From Bacillota bacterium (GTDB lineage: Bacteria > Bacillota > Bacilli > Bacillales_A > Planococcaceae): a stretch of 64,000 bases of DNA. This document shows, piece by piece, positions 1 through 9,368 of the stretch. The stretch is taken from assembly GCA_023405135.1 (NCBI GenBank), contig JAEXYZ010000062.1, forward strand, positions 6,500 through 70,499. The letters are read 5' to 3'. The notes beneath the pieces were generated by a model. The model saw only the letters and a program-made list of their open reading frames with translations. It ran no database searches and was not told where the DNA came from. A program made the translations under genes and the position numbers. Position 1 is the stretch's first letter. Every line of letters starts with the position of its first letter.

Positions 1-3
1 AAT

Positions 4-1248
4 TTGCCGAATCAAACAATTGATATTATTTGGCCAAAATTAGCTACTAGTCCTGATTGTTCAATTGAATCTGAAACAAGTTGCAATCGACTGAGTGAAG
101 ACAAAATGACATTTATTAAGGGCGACGCTAGAAATCAATCATTATCATACATAATTCCATTAGACGGTGGTTTAAAATCTAAACAATTTATCAAAGATCT
201 TTTTGTAGTACTTTCTAATGGAGAAGTTACATATTCAACTGTACATATATCTACAGACAATGATGTATTAGGACAATGGGTAACAGGATTGCCTTTAATT
301 GGTCAACAGCAATTATCTCTTGTAAATTATGCATTATTTAGTGGCACTGGAGCTGTCTCAGAAATTTATTGGCAGGGAGGAGATATGAAGCTTCAAAAAT
401 CTACAGATATAATATCCATATATAGTAAATCACCTTTAGCAGATAAGTTTTTAAAACGGTTAGAAAATTTGCAATTTCTAAATGAAGAACATATTGCGAT
501 TGTACAAGGCCAAAATTTATCTAAACAACAAGGAAAACGAATTTTATTTTTGAAAGATTTAACGATTGATTCTATAGAGCAAAATGTTATTATTAGCCAA
601 GCTAAGACGCAGTATGATTTTACTGATAGTCCGAAATGGCTAAATGAGGTTATTGTTTCCTTTATTACAGGCTCTACAATCGGAGGAAATAAATCAACAA
701 AAATAGTAAATACTTTAACTAATCAAATGACAAATAAGCAATTAGAAGAATGGTTAAAGCAGTTAGAAAATTTAAAAGGTGAAAAAATTTCTCCTAAACT
801 ATTAGATGAAGTATTATCAGAAGTATTAGGGCTACATACCGAGTATTTAACGTTAAATGCAACTACTGAAAGTGTTTTCCCATTTTTATATACTGATCCT
901 CGAGATTTGTATGTGGATTCTCATCTAAATAATGATGTAAAAGTAGTTTTAAAGGATGGTTTAGTTTATTATTCAGCTGATGCATTATTAAAACATTTAG
1001 GGTATGAAGTATCTGTTGGAAAAAATGGGTATTATGTAAGGAATAAAGGGAACAAATTTAGATTCCCAAAAGGCTATGGATTTTATGTTTATAATGAGAA
1101 ACGTTATAATACTATATCGGAGCCAATTATAGAAATTGCAGGAAGTCATTACGTAGAAGAAACATGGCTGCAACGACTATTTTCAGTAGAAATTAAGAAA
1201 AGTGATAGTGAGATTTCAATTAAACCTACAGCAACCATACAACAGTAG
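4..1248 (+). CDS. Hypothetical, probably exported or surface protein; C-terminus resembles a copper-amine-oxidase N-terminal ('stalk') like domain; 5' end probably lies outside the window
   Basis: 414-aa ORF starting at the window edge. The C-terminal 'KDGLVYYSADALLKHLGYEV...PIIEIAGSHYVEETWLQRLFSVEI' resembles stalk-domain repeats. The domain call is tentative. Confidence 0.6.
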   Translation: MPNQTIDIIWPKLATSPDCSIESETSCNRLSEDKMTFIKGDARNQSLSYIIPLDGGLKSKQFIKDLFVVLSNGEVTYSTVHISTDNDVLGQWVTGLPLIGQQQLSLVNYALFSGTGAVSEIYWQGGDMKLQKSTDIISIYSKSPLADKFLKRLENLQFLNEEHIAIVQGQNLSKQQGKRILFLKDLTIDSIEQNVIISQAKTQYDFTDSPKWLNEVIVSFITGSTIGGNKSTKIVNTLTNQMTNKQLEEWLKQLENLKGEKISPKLLDEVLSEVLGLHTEYLTLNATTESVFPFLYTDPRDLYVDSHLNNDVKVVLKDGLVYYSADALLKHLGYEVSVGKNGYYVRNKGNKFRFPKGYGFYVYNEKRYNTISEPIIEIAGSHYVEETWLQRLFSVEIKKSDSEISIKPTATIQQ

Positions 1249-1264
1249 AAAGTTTGGTGAACAT

Positions 1265-1816
1265 ATGAGAGTTGTAGCAGGTGAAAGAAAGGGTATGCCT
1301 TTAAAAGCAGTAACAGGAACGACTACAAGACCGACAACAGATAAGGTAAAAGAATCCATATTTAATATAATTGGTCCTTATTTTGATGGAGGTATTGTCC
1401 TTGATTTATTTGCTGGTAGTGGTGGACTAGGAATAGAAGCTTTAAGCCGTGGCGTTCAAAAAGCAATTTTTGTTGAGAAAGATGGACGTGCTTTTCAAAC
1501 GTTGCAAGAGAATATAAAAAAATGCCGTTATGAGGAAGTTACTGAAACTTTTAAAACTGATGCGACACGAGCAGTAAAAGGCGTTATAAAAAGAGAGATA
1601 CAAATTGATTATCTTTTTTTAGACCCTCCATATCGTAAAGTGGAATATTATGATCTTATTTTAACATTAATTGAGGCTGGAAAACTTTCAGAGAATGCTG
1701 TAATAGTTTGTGAACATGCAGCAGAAGTTAACTTACCTTCAAATTATGGTTCTTATTCTTTAAGTAGACAGGAAAATTATGGGGGCACAATTATTTCAAT
1801 ATATCGTTACCTTTAA
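1265..1816 (+). CDS. rsmD: 16S rRNA (guanine966-N2) methyltransferase (YlbH)
   Basis: MRVVAGERKG start, TRPTTDKVKE, LDLFAGSG and LDPPY motifs; upstream of coaD. Start moved to ATG 1265. Confidence 0.95.
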   Translation: MRVVAGERKGMPLKAVTGTTTRPTTDKVKESIFNIIGPYFDGGIVLDLFAGSGGLGIEALSRGVQKAIFVEKDGRAFQTLQENIKKCRYEEVTETFKTDATRAVKGVIKREIQIDYLFLDPPYRKVEYYDLILTLIEAGKLSENAVIVCEHAAEVNLPSNYGSYSLSRQENYGGTIISIYRYL

Positions 1817-2333
<517 letters not shown>

Positions 2334-2335
<2 letters not shown>

Positions 2336-2379
2336 AAGAAATCGACAAAATCTTAAATTTGATTTTGTCGATTTCTTTT
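2334..2379. terminator. Bidirectional intrinsic terminator between convergent coaD and ylbJ
   Basis: AAAAGAAATCGACAAAATC-loop-GATTTTGTCGATTTCTTTT inverted repeat. Confidence 0.8.
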
Positions 2380-3289
2380 ATAAAAAGATTAAATAGAAAA
2401 GAATTGGAATGAAAATAGTATATAAAATTCGCATTAATATATATGGTTTTAATGAAAGATGTTCACTTTTTGCAATAACAGCCACCTGCATATGGATACT
2501 TAAGCTTTGGCTAGTTAAAAATGTTGCCAAAAGCAATAAAAGAATACTTGGTTGATTTTCAAATAACTGTTGTCCAATTTGTAACCCGTTTGTCATTTCC
2601 AACATTGCTGCAATAAGCAGCATTACATTATTATGTATATCTGGAATAAAGCTTTTAACGGAGTGCATGACAACAGTATAAATTGTTGTGAAAAAAATGA
2701 TAGTAGATCCAACAACTAAAACCGTCGGAATACTATCTTTTATACTGCTTGTAAAAGGATTTTGTTGTTTCGAAGATTGAGTTCCGGCATTACTAACACT
2801 GTCAAAACTTCCTTGACGAAAATAATAATAAGCAAAAGTTAAAATGAGTATCGAAACAACATGATATAAAGATAAAAATTGCCAACTAAAATGAGAATCA
2901 TTTAGTAAATCATTACCAACGAATCCTAATACGAATAAAGGGCTTGGACTATGACAAATACTTAATAGGATGTTTGCTTCACGAAGGGATATTTGTTTAC
3001 TTTTTTTTAAATAAACAATTGTTGCTGCACCTGTTGGAAAACCTCCTAGTGCGCTAATTCCATATGTTTTAAAATATAATTTAAATCTTGATAAGGAATT
3101 ACTAGTATTTGGTGTTAGTCGAATGAACCATTGCGTAAGAATGAGATAGGGAAGTAAGTATGGGAATAATGCCTCCATAAATAATTCTACCCCTAAATCA
3201 GTTCCTTCGTGAGCAATACCAGGAAATAGTAATAATAAAATAATTAATGTTAAACAAACGAATAAATATAGTAGTGGAATATGCATCAA
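2378..3289 (-). CDS. ylbJ: Sporulation integral membrane protein, YlbJ family
   Basis: Multi-TM protein with LFPYLLP, GGFPTGA, SPLFVLGFVG, LEMTNG and SIHMQV motifs; synteny after coaD. Confidence 0.8.
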   Translation of the reverse strand: MMHIPLLYLFVCLTLIILLLLFPGIAHEGTDLGVELFMEALFPYLLPYLILTQWFIRLTPNTSNSLSRFKLYFKTYGISALGGFPTGAATIVYLKKSKQISLREANILLSICHSPSPLFVLGFVGNDLLNDSHFSWQFLSLYHVVSILILTFAYYYFRQGSFDSVSNAGTQSSKQQNPFTSSIKDSIPTVLVVGSTIIFFTTIYTVVMHSVKSFIPDIHNNVMLLIAAMLEMTNGLQIGQQLFENQPSILLLLLATFLTSQSLSIHMQVAVIAKSEHLSLKPYILMRILYTIFIPILFYLIFL

Positions 3290-3384
3290 CTCTTTTCATT
3301 GTTTTGTTTTCTGTATAATCAAATGCTAAAATAATATATGCAAACATAAAAATAAATAGTCTATTAAAAAGGTAACTTCAGGAG

Positions 3385-4455
3385 GTGCTATACATATTGA
3401 AGAAGACGTTACTTTCTTTTATCATTTCGCTAGCAATCGTTTTTTTCTTAGCCTTTTATCAGCTTGACTACTATATTATGAAACCTGGAAGCGCCTATGA
3501 TGTTAGCCAATTTGTAACGGTTGAAGATGGGGATCAAAATGATGAAGGTACACTAAGTTTAATGACTGTTGCTATGAGTACTGCAACCCCTCTTACATAT
3601 GTAATTGCTCATTTTAAAGAGTTTGAGGAAATTATGGAGATAGGAGATGTCCGTCAAGAAGAAGAAGATGAGGCAGAGTATAGTATTCGACAATTAAAAT
3701 TAATGACGGATTCACAATTTAATGCACAATATGTTGCATTTAAAAAGGCAGGTTTACCTTATACGATTGATTACAATGGGGTAACAGTTTTAAATGTGCT
3801 TGCAAATGGAGCTGCTGATGGTCAGTTGCAGCCAGGAGATAATATTGTTGAAATTGATGGACAATTAATAGAAAAAGCAGAAGACTTATCTAATATTTTA
3901 AATGCAAAAAAAGAACATGATACAGTAAAATTAGTTATTAATCGTAATGATGAACTGCTTGATCGCACAATAACTTTGAAGGGAATTCCTGGAGATGAAA
4001 GTCATCGTGTCGGTATAGGAATCTCTTACTCTGAAAATAAATCGATTAGAACGGATCCTAAAGTAAAAATTGAAGCGGACGATATTGGAGGTCCTTCGGC
4101 AGGTTTAATGTTTACTTTAGGTATTTTAAATCAACTTCTCGATAAAGATCTTACAAAAGGCTATAACATAGCTGGAACCGGAGAAATGAATGAAGACGGC
4201 ACAGTTGGTCGAATTGGTGGAGTTGAGAAGAAGGTTGTCGCTGCAGATGAAGATCATATGGAAATTTTCTTCGCTCCGGATGATAAAATAACGAATGCAA
4301 TGTTAAAAGTGAATCCATCCGTAAAATCGAATTATGAGGCTGCTGTAGAAACCGCAAAAAAAATAAAAACTGATATGAAAATTGTTCCTGTTAAGACAAT
4401 TGATGACGCACTTAATTATTTGGAGCAACTAGAGCCGAAAGAAGATATTTCATAA
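3385..4455 (+). CDS. ylbL: Membrane-anchored PDZ / Lon-type S16 serine protease (YlbL/SepM family)
   Basis: N-terminal TM, PDZ region, IGGPSAGLMF (Ser) and GRIGGVEKKV (Lys) dyad motifs. Confidence 0.88.
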   Translation: MLYILKKTLLSFIISLAIVFFLAFYQLDYYIMKPGSAYDVSQFVTVEDGDQNDEGTLSLMTVAMSTATPLTYVIAHFKEFEEIMEIGDVRQEEEDEAEYSIRQLKLMTDSQFNAQYVAFKKAGLPYTIDYNGVTVLNVLANGAADGQLQPGDNIVEIDGQLIEKAEDLSNILNAKKEHDTVKLVINRNDELLDRTITLKGIPGDESHRVGIGISYSENKSIRTDPKVKIEADDIGGPSAGLMFTLGILNQLLDKDLTKGYNIAGTGEMNEDGTVGRIGGVEKKVVAADEDHMEIFFAPDDKITNAMLKVNPSVKSNYEAAVETAKKIKTDMKIVPVKTIDDALNYLEQLEPKEDIS

Positions 4456-4555
4456 ATTTGTTTAATATGAAAAAATGATGAGTGATGTGCACTCGAGGAA
4501 ATATTGTATTTTAAATTTCCTAATTTAAGCCCCAGTGATGAAATAACATAGAGAA

Positions 4556-4693
4556 GACGCAGCCTACCGTTGTAAGCTGCGTCCTAGAATATTAGAAGGA
4601 CAATTTAACTGTGAGCGGACCTTACAAAAGATTTAAGACAAGTCGTAGAGACACATAACGTGGCTCCGCGGCTTGTTTGCTTTAGACTGCTCA
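4556..4693 (+). repeat. Structured intergenic repeat, copy 1 (homologous to 28072-28219)
   Basis: Shares ACGCAGCCTACC, TGTAAGCTGCG, CTGTGAG, AAGACAAGTCGTAGAGACA, GGCTCYGCGGCTTGT and GCTCA blocks with the copy after ftsZ. Confidence 0.8.
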
Positions 4694-4703
4694 TTCATAA
4701 AAT

Positions 4704-5927
4704 TTATTTAGTACTATCCGATATACGAATCGGTGGTGTGTTGTAGTCGCCATTTATTTTTCGTTTTGAAGCAAGATTAACGCTTTGTGCGTACATTTCG
4801 GTTGCGCGGATGTCTAGTTCTAGCATTTCGTCTTTGATCGATGCAACTCTGCTTATTAATGGAAGCTTAAAATGTTTTTTATTTTCTGATATATAGGCTT
4901 GTCCCTTCGAAGTCATGCCAAGTAGACGTATATATGTTGGCTTTGTAAATTGATGCAATTGTTCTTTTGTAATACCAGTGTATATATGGGTAATCATCCG
5001 CTGTAGTCGGGTCCATGTATAACGTTTTGATTTTAAATTTGTCATAAACTCTACATATGACTCGCTTTTTTTTGCTGATTTAAGCAAGGCAAATTCAAGT
5101 CCTTCTAAGACATCTGCAAATTGAGTCAATTGCTCTGGTGTATTACGTAAAATTGAAAAACGCAGTAATGGCCACATTGTTTCCCAACTTATAAATGTAT
5201 CGAATTTTTTTATCCAATCTTCTAATTGAAAAAAGGTTGGCTTTGGTACGAAAGTTGAGATTTCTTCTAAAGACTGTTGTTCAAATATTGCCTTTCTAAT
5301 GCCAGTAGCACTTGCGATAGTGGAATTTGTATTGATATCATCGTGATAACCCGCTTGAATCCTTTGAATTGTAACAGGCTTTATAGGTAACTTTAATCGA
5401 TTAGCAGCCTCTAAATAATGGTACCCTAAAATGTTGTTGGGTTGAGATAAGTCAATATATTCCTTTAGTTCTTTTTGTTTAAGTTTTTCGTATGCCATAT
5501 ATAAACTTTGGGGATAACTAATTCCAGTCGTAACGAATTGTTTAATTAAAGCATTATATTCCTCATTATTTTTTTCTAATAAATAGTATGTGTTTAAAAA
5601 TGGTTGTATGGAGCCTTGCTCACTACCGAAGGCGAATGTTTCACAATTAATAGCGTCTAGTAGCTGTATCGCTCCTTCTGCAAAATGAGTGGCGTTACCT
5701 GTACTAAATACGTAAGGAAGTTCTATTACGATATCAATTCCATTCAAGAGTGCCATTTTTGTACGAGTCCATTTATCAACTAAGGAAGGCTCTCCTCGTT
5801 GTAAAAAATGTCCACTCATAACTGCAATAGATACATCTGCATTCGTTTGTTTTTTTGATTGGTTCATATGATATAGATGACCGTTATGAAATGGATTATA
5901 TTCAACGACAACACCGACTGCATTCAT
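4704..5927 (-). CDS. tmcAL: tRNA(Met) cytidine acetate ligase (YlbM, HIGH nucleotidyltransferase)
   Basis: EYNPFHNGH, MSGHFLQRGEP, PNNILG, SATGIR and YIRLLG motifs; divergent from ylbN. Confidence 0.9.
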   Translation of the reverse strand: MNAVGVVVEYNPFHNGHLYHMNQSKKQTNADVSIAVMSGHFLQRGEPSLVDKWTRTKMALLNGIDIVIELPYVFSTGNATHFAEGAIQLLDAINCETFAFGSEQGSIQPFLNTYYLLEKNNEEYNALIKQFVTTGISYPQSLYMAYEKLKQKELKEYIDLSQPNNILGYHYLEAANRLKLPIKPVTIQRIQAGYHDDINTNSTIASATGIRKAIFEQQSLEEISTFVPKPTFFQLEDWIKKFDTFISWETMWPLLRFSILRNTPEQLTQFADVLEGLEFALLKSAKKSESYVEFMTNLKSKRYTWTRLQRMITHIYTGITKEQLHQFTKPTYIRLLGMTSKGQAYISENKKHFKLPLISRVASIKDEMLELDIRATEMYAQSVNLASKRKINGDYNTPPIRISDSTK

Positions 5928-6020
5928 TCGTTACACTCCTAATTAAATAATTTATCATATAAAGAGTTTACATTTAATAAAAATTATAGTCTTCATCTTC
6001 TTAAGTGACAAGAAAATATC

Positions 6021-6049
6021 TTGACATCTAAAAATACACATTATATAAT
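6021..6049 (+). promoter_or_regulatory. Consensus sigma-A promoter of ylbN-rpmF
   Basis: TTGACA (6021-6026), 17 bp spacer, TATAAT (6044-6049). Confidence 0.8.
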
Positions 6050-6078
6050 CAACATTGTTGTCTCGAGGTGATTAATGA

Positions 6079-6612
6079 ATGAAATGGTCAATTCATCAAT
6101 TATCAAAGTATCGCCAAAATGGGATGCCGATTGATGCAGAAGTACAATTGGATGATGTAAAGAAACGAAATAATGATATTCGTCATATTTCACCTGTTCA
6201 TGTAAAAGGACACTGTACTTTCGGTGCATCGCAAATGACATGTCAATTTACGATGACGGCGACTTTAACGCTTCCTTGCGCTAGAACGTGGGAAGATGTT
6301 GAATATCCAATAAAAGTCGATGCGGTTGAAGTGTTTAGCTGGATTGATCCGGAACACCGTGGTAATGACGATGAAGATATCCATTATATTGATGGAGAAG
6401 TAATCGATTTAAAGCCAGTTTTAGAGGAGCTTGTGCTTCTTGAAGTACCGATGCAAGTATTTAAAGAAAATACTGAAGGTAAGGTACAAGGTGGTAAAGG
6501 TTGGAGTTATTCAACAGAAGAAGATGCCCGCCGTCAAAAGGAAAATGACGAACCAAAAGTGGATCCAAGACTGGCTGATTTAGCTAAGTATTTTGATCAA
6601 ACAGATGAATAG
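6079..6612 (+). CDS. ylbN: DUF177/YceD family protein (23S rRNA accumulation)
   Basis: LPCART, IDLKPVLEELVLLEVPM and VDPRLADL motifs; directly upstream of rpmF. Confidence 0.9.
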   Translation: MKWSIHQLSKYRQNGMPIDAEVQLDDVKKRNNDIRHISPVHVKGHCTFGASQMTCQFTMTATLTLPCARTWEDVEYPIKVDAVEVFSWIDPEHRGNDDEDIHYIDGEVIDLKPVLEELVLLEVPMQVFKENTEGKVQGGKGWSYSTEEDARRQKENDEPKVDPRLADLAKYFDQTDE

Positions 6613-6636
6613 ATAATCTGTAAGGAGGTGCCAATA

Positions 6637-6810
6637 ATGGCTGTACCATTTAGAAGAACTTCTAAAACTGCTAAAAGAAAGCGTCGTACGCATTTCAAAT
6701 TATCTGTACCTGGTATGGTAGCATGCCCAAACTGTGGAGAAGCAACTTTAGCTCACCACGTATGTAAAGCTTGTGGACACTACAAAGGTAAAGAAGTAGT
6801 AAGCAAATAA
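6637..6810 (+). CDS. rpmF: 50S ribosomal protein L32 (zinc-ribbon form)
   Basis: [19 protein letters not shown] with CPNC and CKAC; AAGGAGG RBS. Confidence 0.97.
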   Translation: MAVPFRRTSKTAKRKRRTHFKLSVPGMVACPNCGEATLAHHVCKACGHYKGKEVVSK

Positions 6811-6949
6811 TAAAATTAAAGCACGTTAATTATAAGTGTTGAAAAAACCTTATAAATGTAATTTACATAAGTAAAAGGTTTATACAAATCTTATAAAATA
6901 AACGTGTATCAAGCAGAGCGTATTCCGAAATTCGTCCTGCAAACTATTT

Positions 6950-6988
6950 AAGGCTATTAGAGAGGCCATGGCTCTCTAATAGCCTTTT
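6950..6988 (+). terminator. Intrinsic terminator of ylbN-rpmF
   Basis: AAGGCTATTAGAGAG-loop-CTCTCTAATAGCCTT followed by T's. Confidence 0.8.
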
Positions 6989-7119
6989 AATTTTTAGGGA
7001 AATAATATTGGGAATTCTCAAATTATTTTTAATTGAACCTTGTAAAATTAGATTTAGTCATTTACTATTTAAATCAAAGTCTTACATTATGTTGAAATAA
7101 TACTAAGGGGATGTAAAGG

Positions 7120-7878
7120 ATGGCTTATAAAATTGAAAATGATAATGGGGTTTGTACGTTTACGATTGACCGTCAAGGAAAGCGGAACGCGGTAAATGAT
7201 GAAGTCATGAACGGCTTAAAGGAAGTTATTACATTTATAAAAGAAAATGAATCGGTGCGATTTTTAGTTATTACAGGTGCTGGAGAAAAAGCATTTTGTT
7301 CAGGTGGAGATTTGTCAGAATTTCATAGCTTACATACAGAAGAACAAGCCTTTGGAATGCTAAGTAAAATGGGTAATATTTTATATGACTTAGCGACATT
7401 GCGTGTTCCAACAATTGCTTTAATCAATGGAACGGCAGTTGGGGGAGGTTGTGAAATTGCGACTGCTTGTGATTTTAGATTAGTCGCTTCTCACGCAAAA
7501 TGTGGATTTATACAAGGTACTCTTTCGATTACAACTGGCTGGGGTGGCGGTACATATTTATTTGAAAGAGGTTTAAGACATGATCGGGCATTAAAAATGT
7601 TGGTGGATGCAAAAACATACGATGCAAAGCTGCTATATGAAATTGGATGGGCGATGCGTGTTTTTGAAGGGTCAAAAGAACAAGCCCTTGAAGAATTTAT
7701 TTTAGAGATGAAAAAAATCCATCCTTCTGTACATCAAGCTTATAAAGAAATCGAGCTTCGTAAATGGAAAGAACGAAATATGTATGAACGAGTTATGGAA
7801 GAGATTCGTCTTTGTGCAAAACTATGGGAAAGTGATGCACACAATGAAGCAGTAAATCGATTTTTGAACAAATCGTAA
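7120..7878 (+). CDS. Enoyl-CoA hydratase/isomerase (crotonase) family protein
   Basis: KRNAV, KAFCSGGDL and GTAVGGGCEIATACDFR motifs. Confidence 0.88.
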   Translation: MAYKIENDNGVCTFTIDRQGKRNAVNDEVMNGLKEVITFIKENESVRFLVITGAGEKAFCSGGDLSEFHSLHTEEQAFGMLSKMGNILYDLATLRVPTIALINGTAVGGGCEIATACDFRLVASHAKCGFIQGTLSITTGWGGGTYLFERGLRHDRALKMLVDAKTYDAKLLYEIGWAMRVFEGSKEQALEEFILEMKKIHPSVHQAYKEIELRKWKERNMYERVMEEIRLCAKLWESDAHNEAVNRFLNKS

Positions 7879-8066
7879 TTGAAAGACAGTATAAATTTCA
7901 AACTTTGTATATATGCTATGGTGTCATAGTTTAAATACGCCGTTTTAAATCTAATACTTTTATACAGTGAAAACTCGAGTGAACTATATATGAATCATAT
8001 AATCAAATTTTTAACAGGATAAAAAGTATACCTAAATGGGTGTTCTGTTAATAGTTAACAGTCTGG

Positions 8067-8093
8067 AAACGTCTCTTTATGAGGCGTTTTTTT
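8067..8093 (+). terminator. Intrinsic terminator
   Basis: AAACGTCTC-TTTAT-GAGGCGTTT plus T-tract. Confidence 0.65.
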
Positions 8094-8220
8094 CATTTAA
8101 GATTAAGCGGTAGATAAGTAGAATGAATTTTAATATGTCACAACCTATTTTTTCTATCGAAGCTATTCTATTTATTCTATTTGTCAGCATATAGTAGTAA
8201 AAAATGTGAGGTGATAGAAA

Positions 8221-8604
8221 ATGGATGGAAAAAGACGTAAAGATCAATGGACTGCTGCTGATGATGAGAGATTAGCAGAAATTGTGATCCAGGCAGTACA
8301 AAACGGAAAAACACAATTAGAGGCATTTTCTGAAGCGGCTGCAGTTTTAAATCGTACAAAACAAGCTTGTGGTTTTCGTTGGAATAAAACATTACGCGGC
8401 CAATATGGTCAAATGCTTAATAGTGTTCGAAAACGACCGAAGCAATTAATGCGCAGCCATTTGAAACTAGCGCTTAATAGTTTTGATGAACTGACAGAGG
8501 CGTATAACGAGCTAGAAATAAAATATAGAGAATTACAGACAGAGCATGAAAAAATAATTAAATGGCTACAACAAGGAGCGAATTTTATCGAGCATCAGAA
8601 ATAA
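8221..8604 (+). CDS. RsfA/GerR (YlbO) family sporulation transcription regulator
   Basis: RKDQWTAADDERLAEIV, TQLEAF and RTKQACGFRWN (Myb-like RsfA domain) plus C-terminal coiled coil; ylbO position. Confidence 0.85.
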   Translation: MDGKRRKDQWTAADDERLAEIVIQAVQNGKTQLEAFSEAAAVLNRTKQACGFRWNKTLRGQYGQMLNSVRKRPKQLMRSHLKLALNSFDELTEAYNELEIKYRELQTEHEKIIKWLQQGANFIEHQK

Positions 8605-8689
8605 GCGATACAATTTTTGCATTCCAAATTAGATGAATTCCAAATATATTGAATTTAAATTCATCTAAAGGAGACTAACTAGCATTCGA

Positions 8690-9105
8690 AAATATAAATT
8701 AAAAGGTTTGTGAAATAGTTATTCATTCGACAGTAAAGGCAGGATCTTGGGGAGCAAGAACGGTCGACAAAATCATTCACATTATTTAAAAAAGCAGAAA
8801 ATTACGAGTACCACTATTGTACTTAGTCGATTCTGCAGGTGCACGTATTACAGATCAACTAGAATGTTTCTAAGTAGAAAAGGTGCTGGACAGATATTCA
8901 AGTGAAACGATGTGGCATAGTTCCACAAATAAGTATTCTATTTAGCCCTTCTGCTGCAGAAGGAGCATATATATTTCGGCCATTTTGTAATCGGCAAAAT
9001 GGTTGAAGAAATGTATCGATGTATTTAGGGTCGCCTCGAATACTCGAAAGTAATGGGCGGCGCAAAAATGCATTGTACAATAAGTGGCTATGGCGAAGTA
9101 CTACT
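8690..9105 (+). pseudogene. Decayed acyl-CoA carboxylase beta (carboxyltransferase) subunit fragment
   Basis: Manual translation gives STVKAGSWGARTVDKII* (8727), LRVPLLYLVDSAGARITDQLE (8802), GIVPQISILFSPSAAEGAYI (8914), SMYLGSPR (9016) and MGGAKMHCTISGYGEVL (9053), separated by stops, frameshifts and deletions. Confidence 0.85.
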
Positions 9106-9368
9106 TTCAATAAGCTATTATAAAGTATATAAGAGAAAATAATCGATTATCGCCTAAAGAAGTATTTGTTGTTATAAGGATTTGTAGTTTAAAAAGCAGT
9201 TGATAAACTTTCACAGTGTGAATGAAGAAAGACTTCTTCCGCTAAACAAATTTTATTACCGTATCGAAAACACCCAATTTATCCAGTATAATAATAAATA
9301 ATAGAAACAAGGTCTGCCATATTCGGTAGACCTTTACTTTTCTTGCGTTCGAAAGAGAGTGAAATAGT

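Noticed and set aside
7880..8060. Several AT-rich inverted repeats after the enoyl-CoA hydratase gene
   Set aside because: Low-complexity pairing with no second copy or recognisable RNA motif.
8898..9110. 70-aa minus-strand ORF as a possible ylbP
   Set aside because: It has no GNAT/YlbP features and is the antisense shadow of the carboxyltransferase pseudogene.
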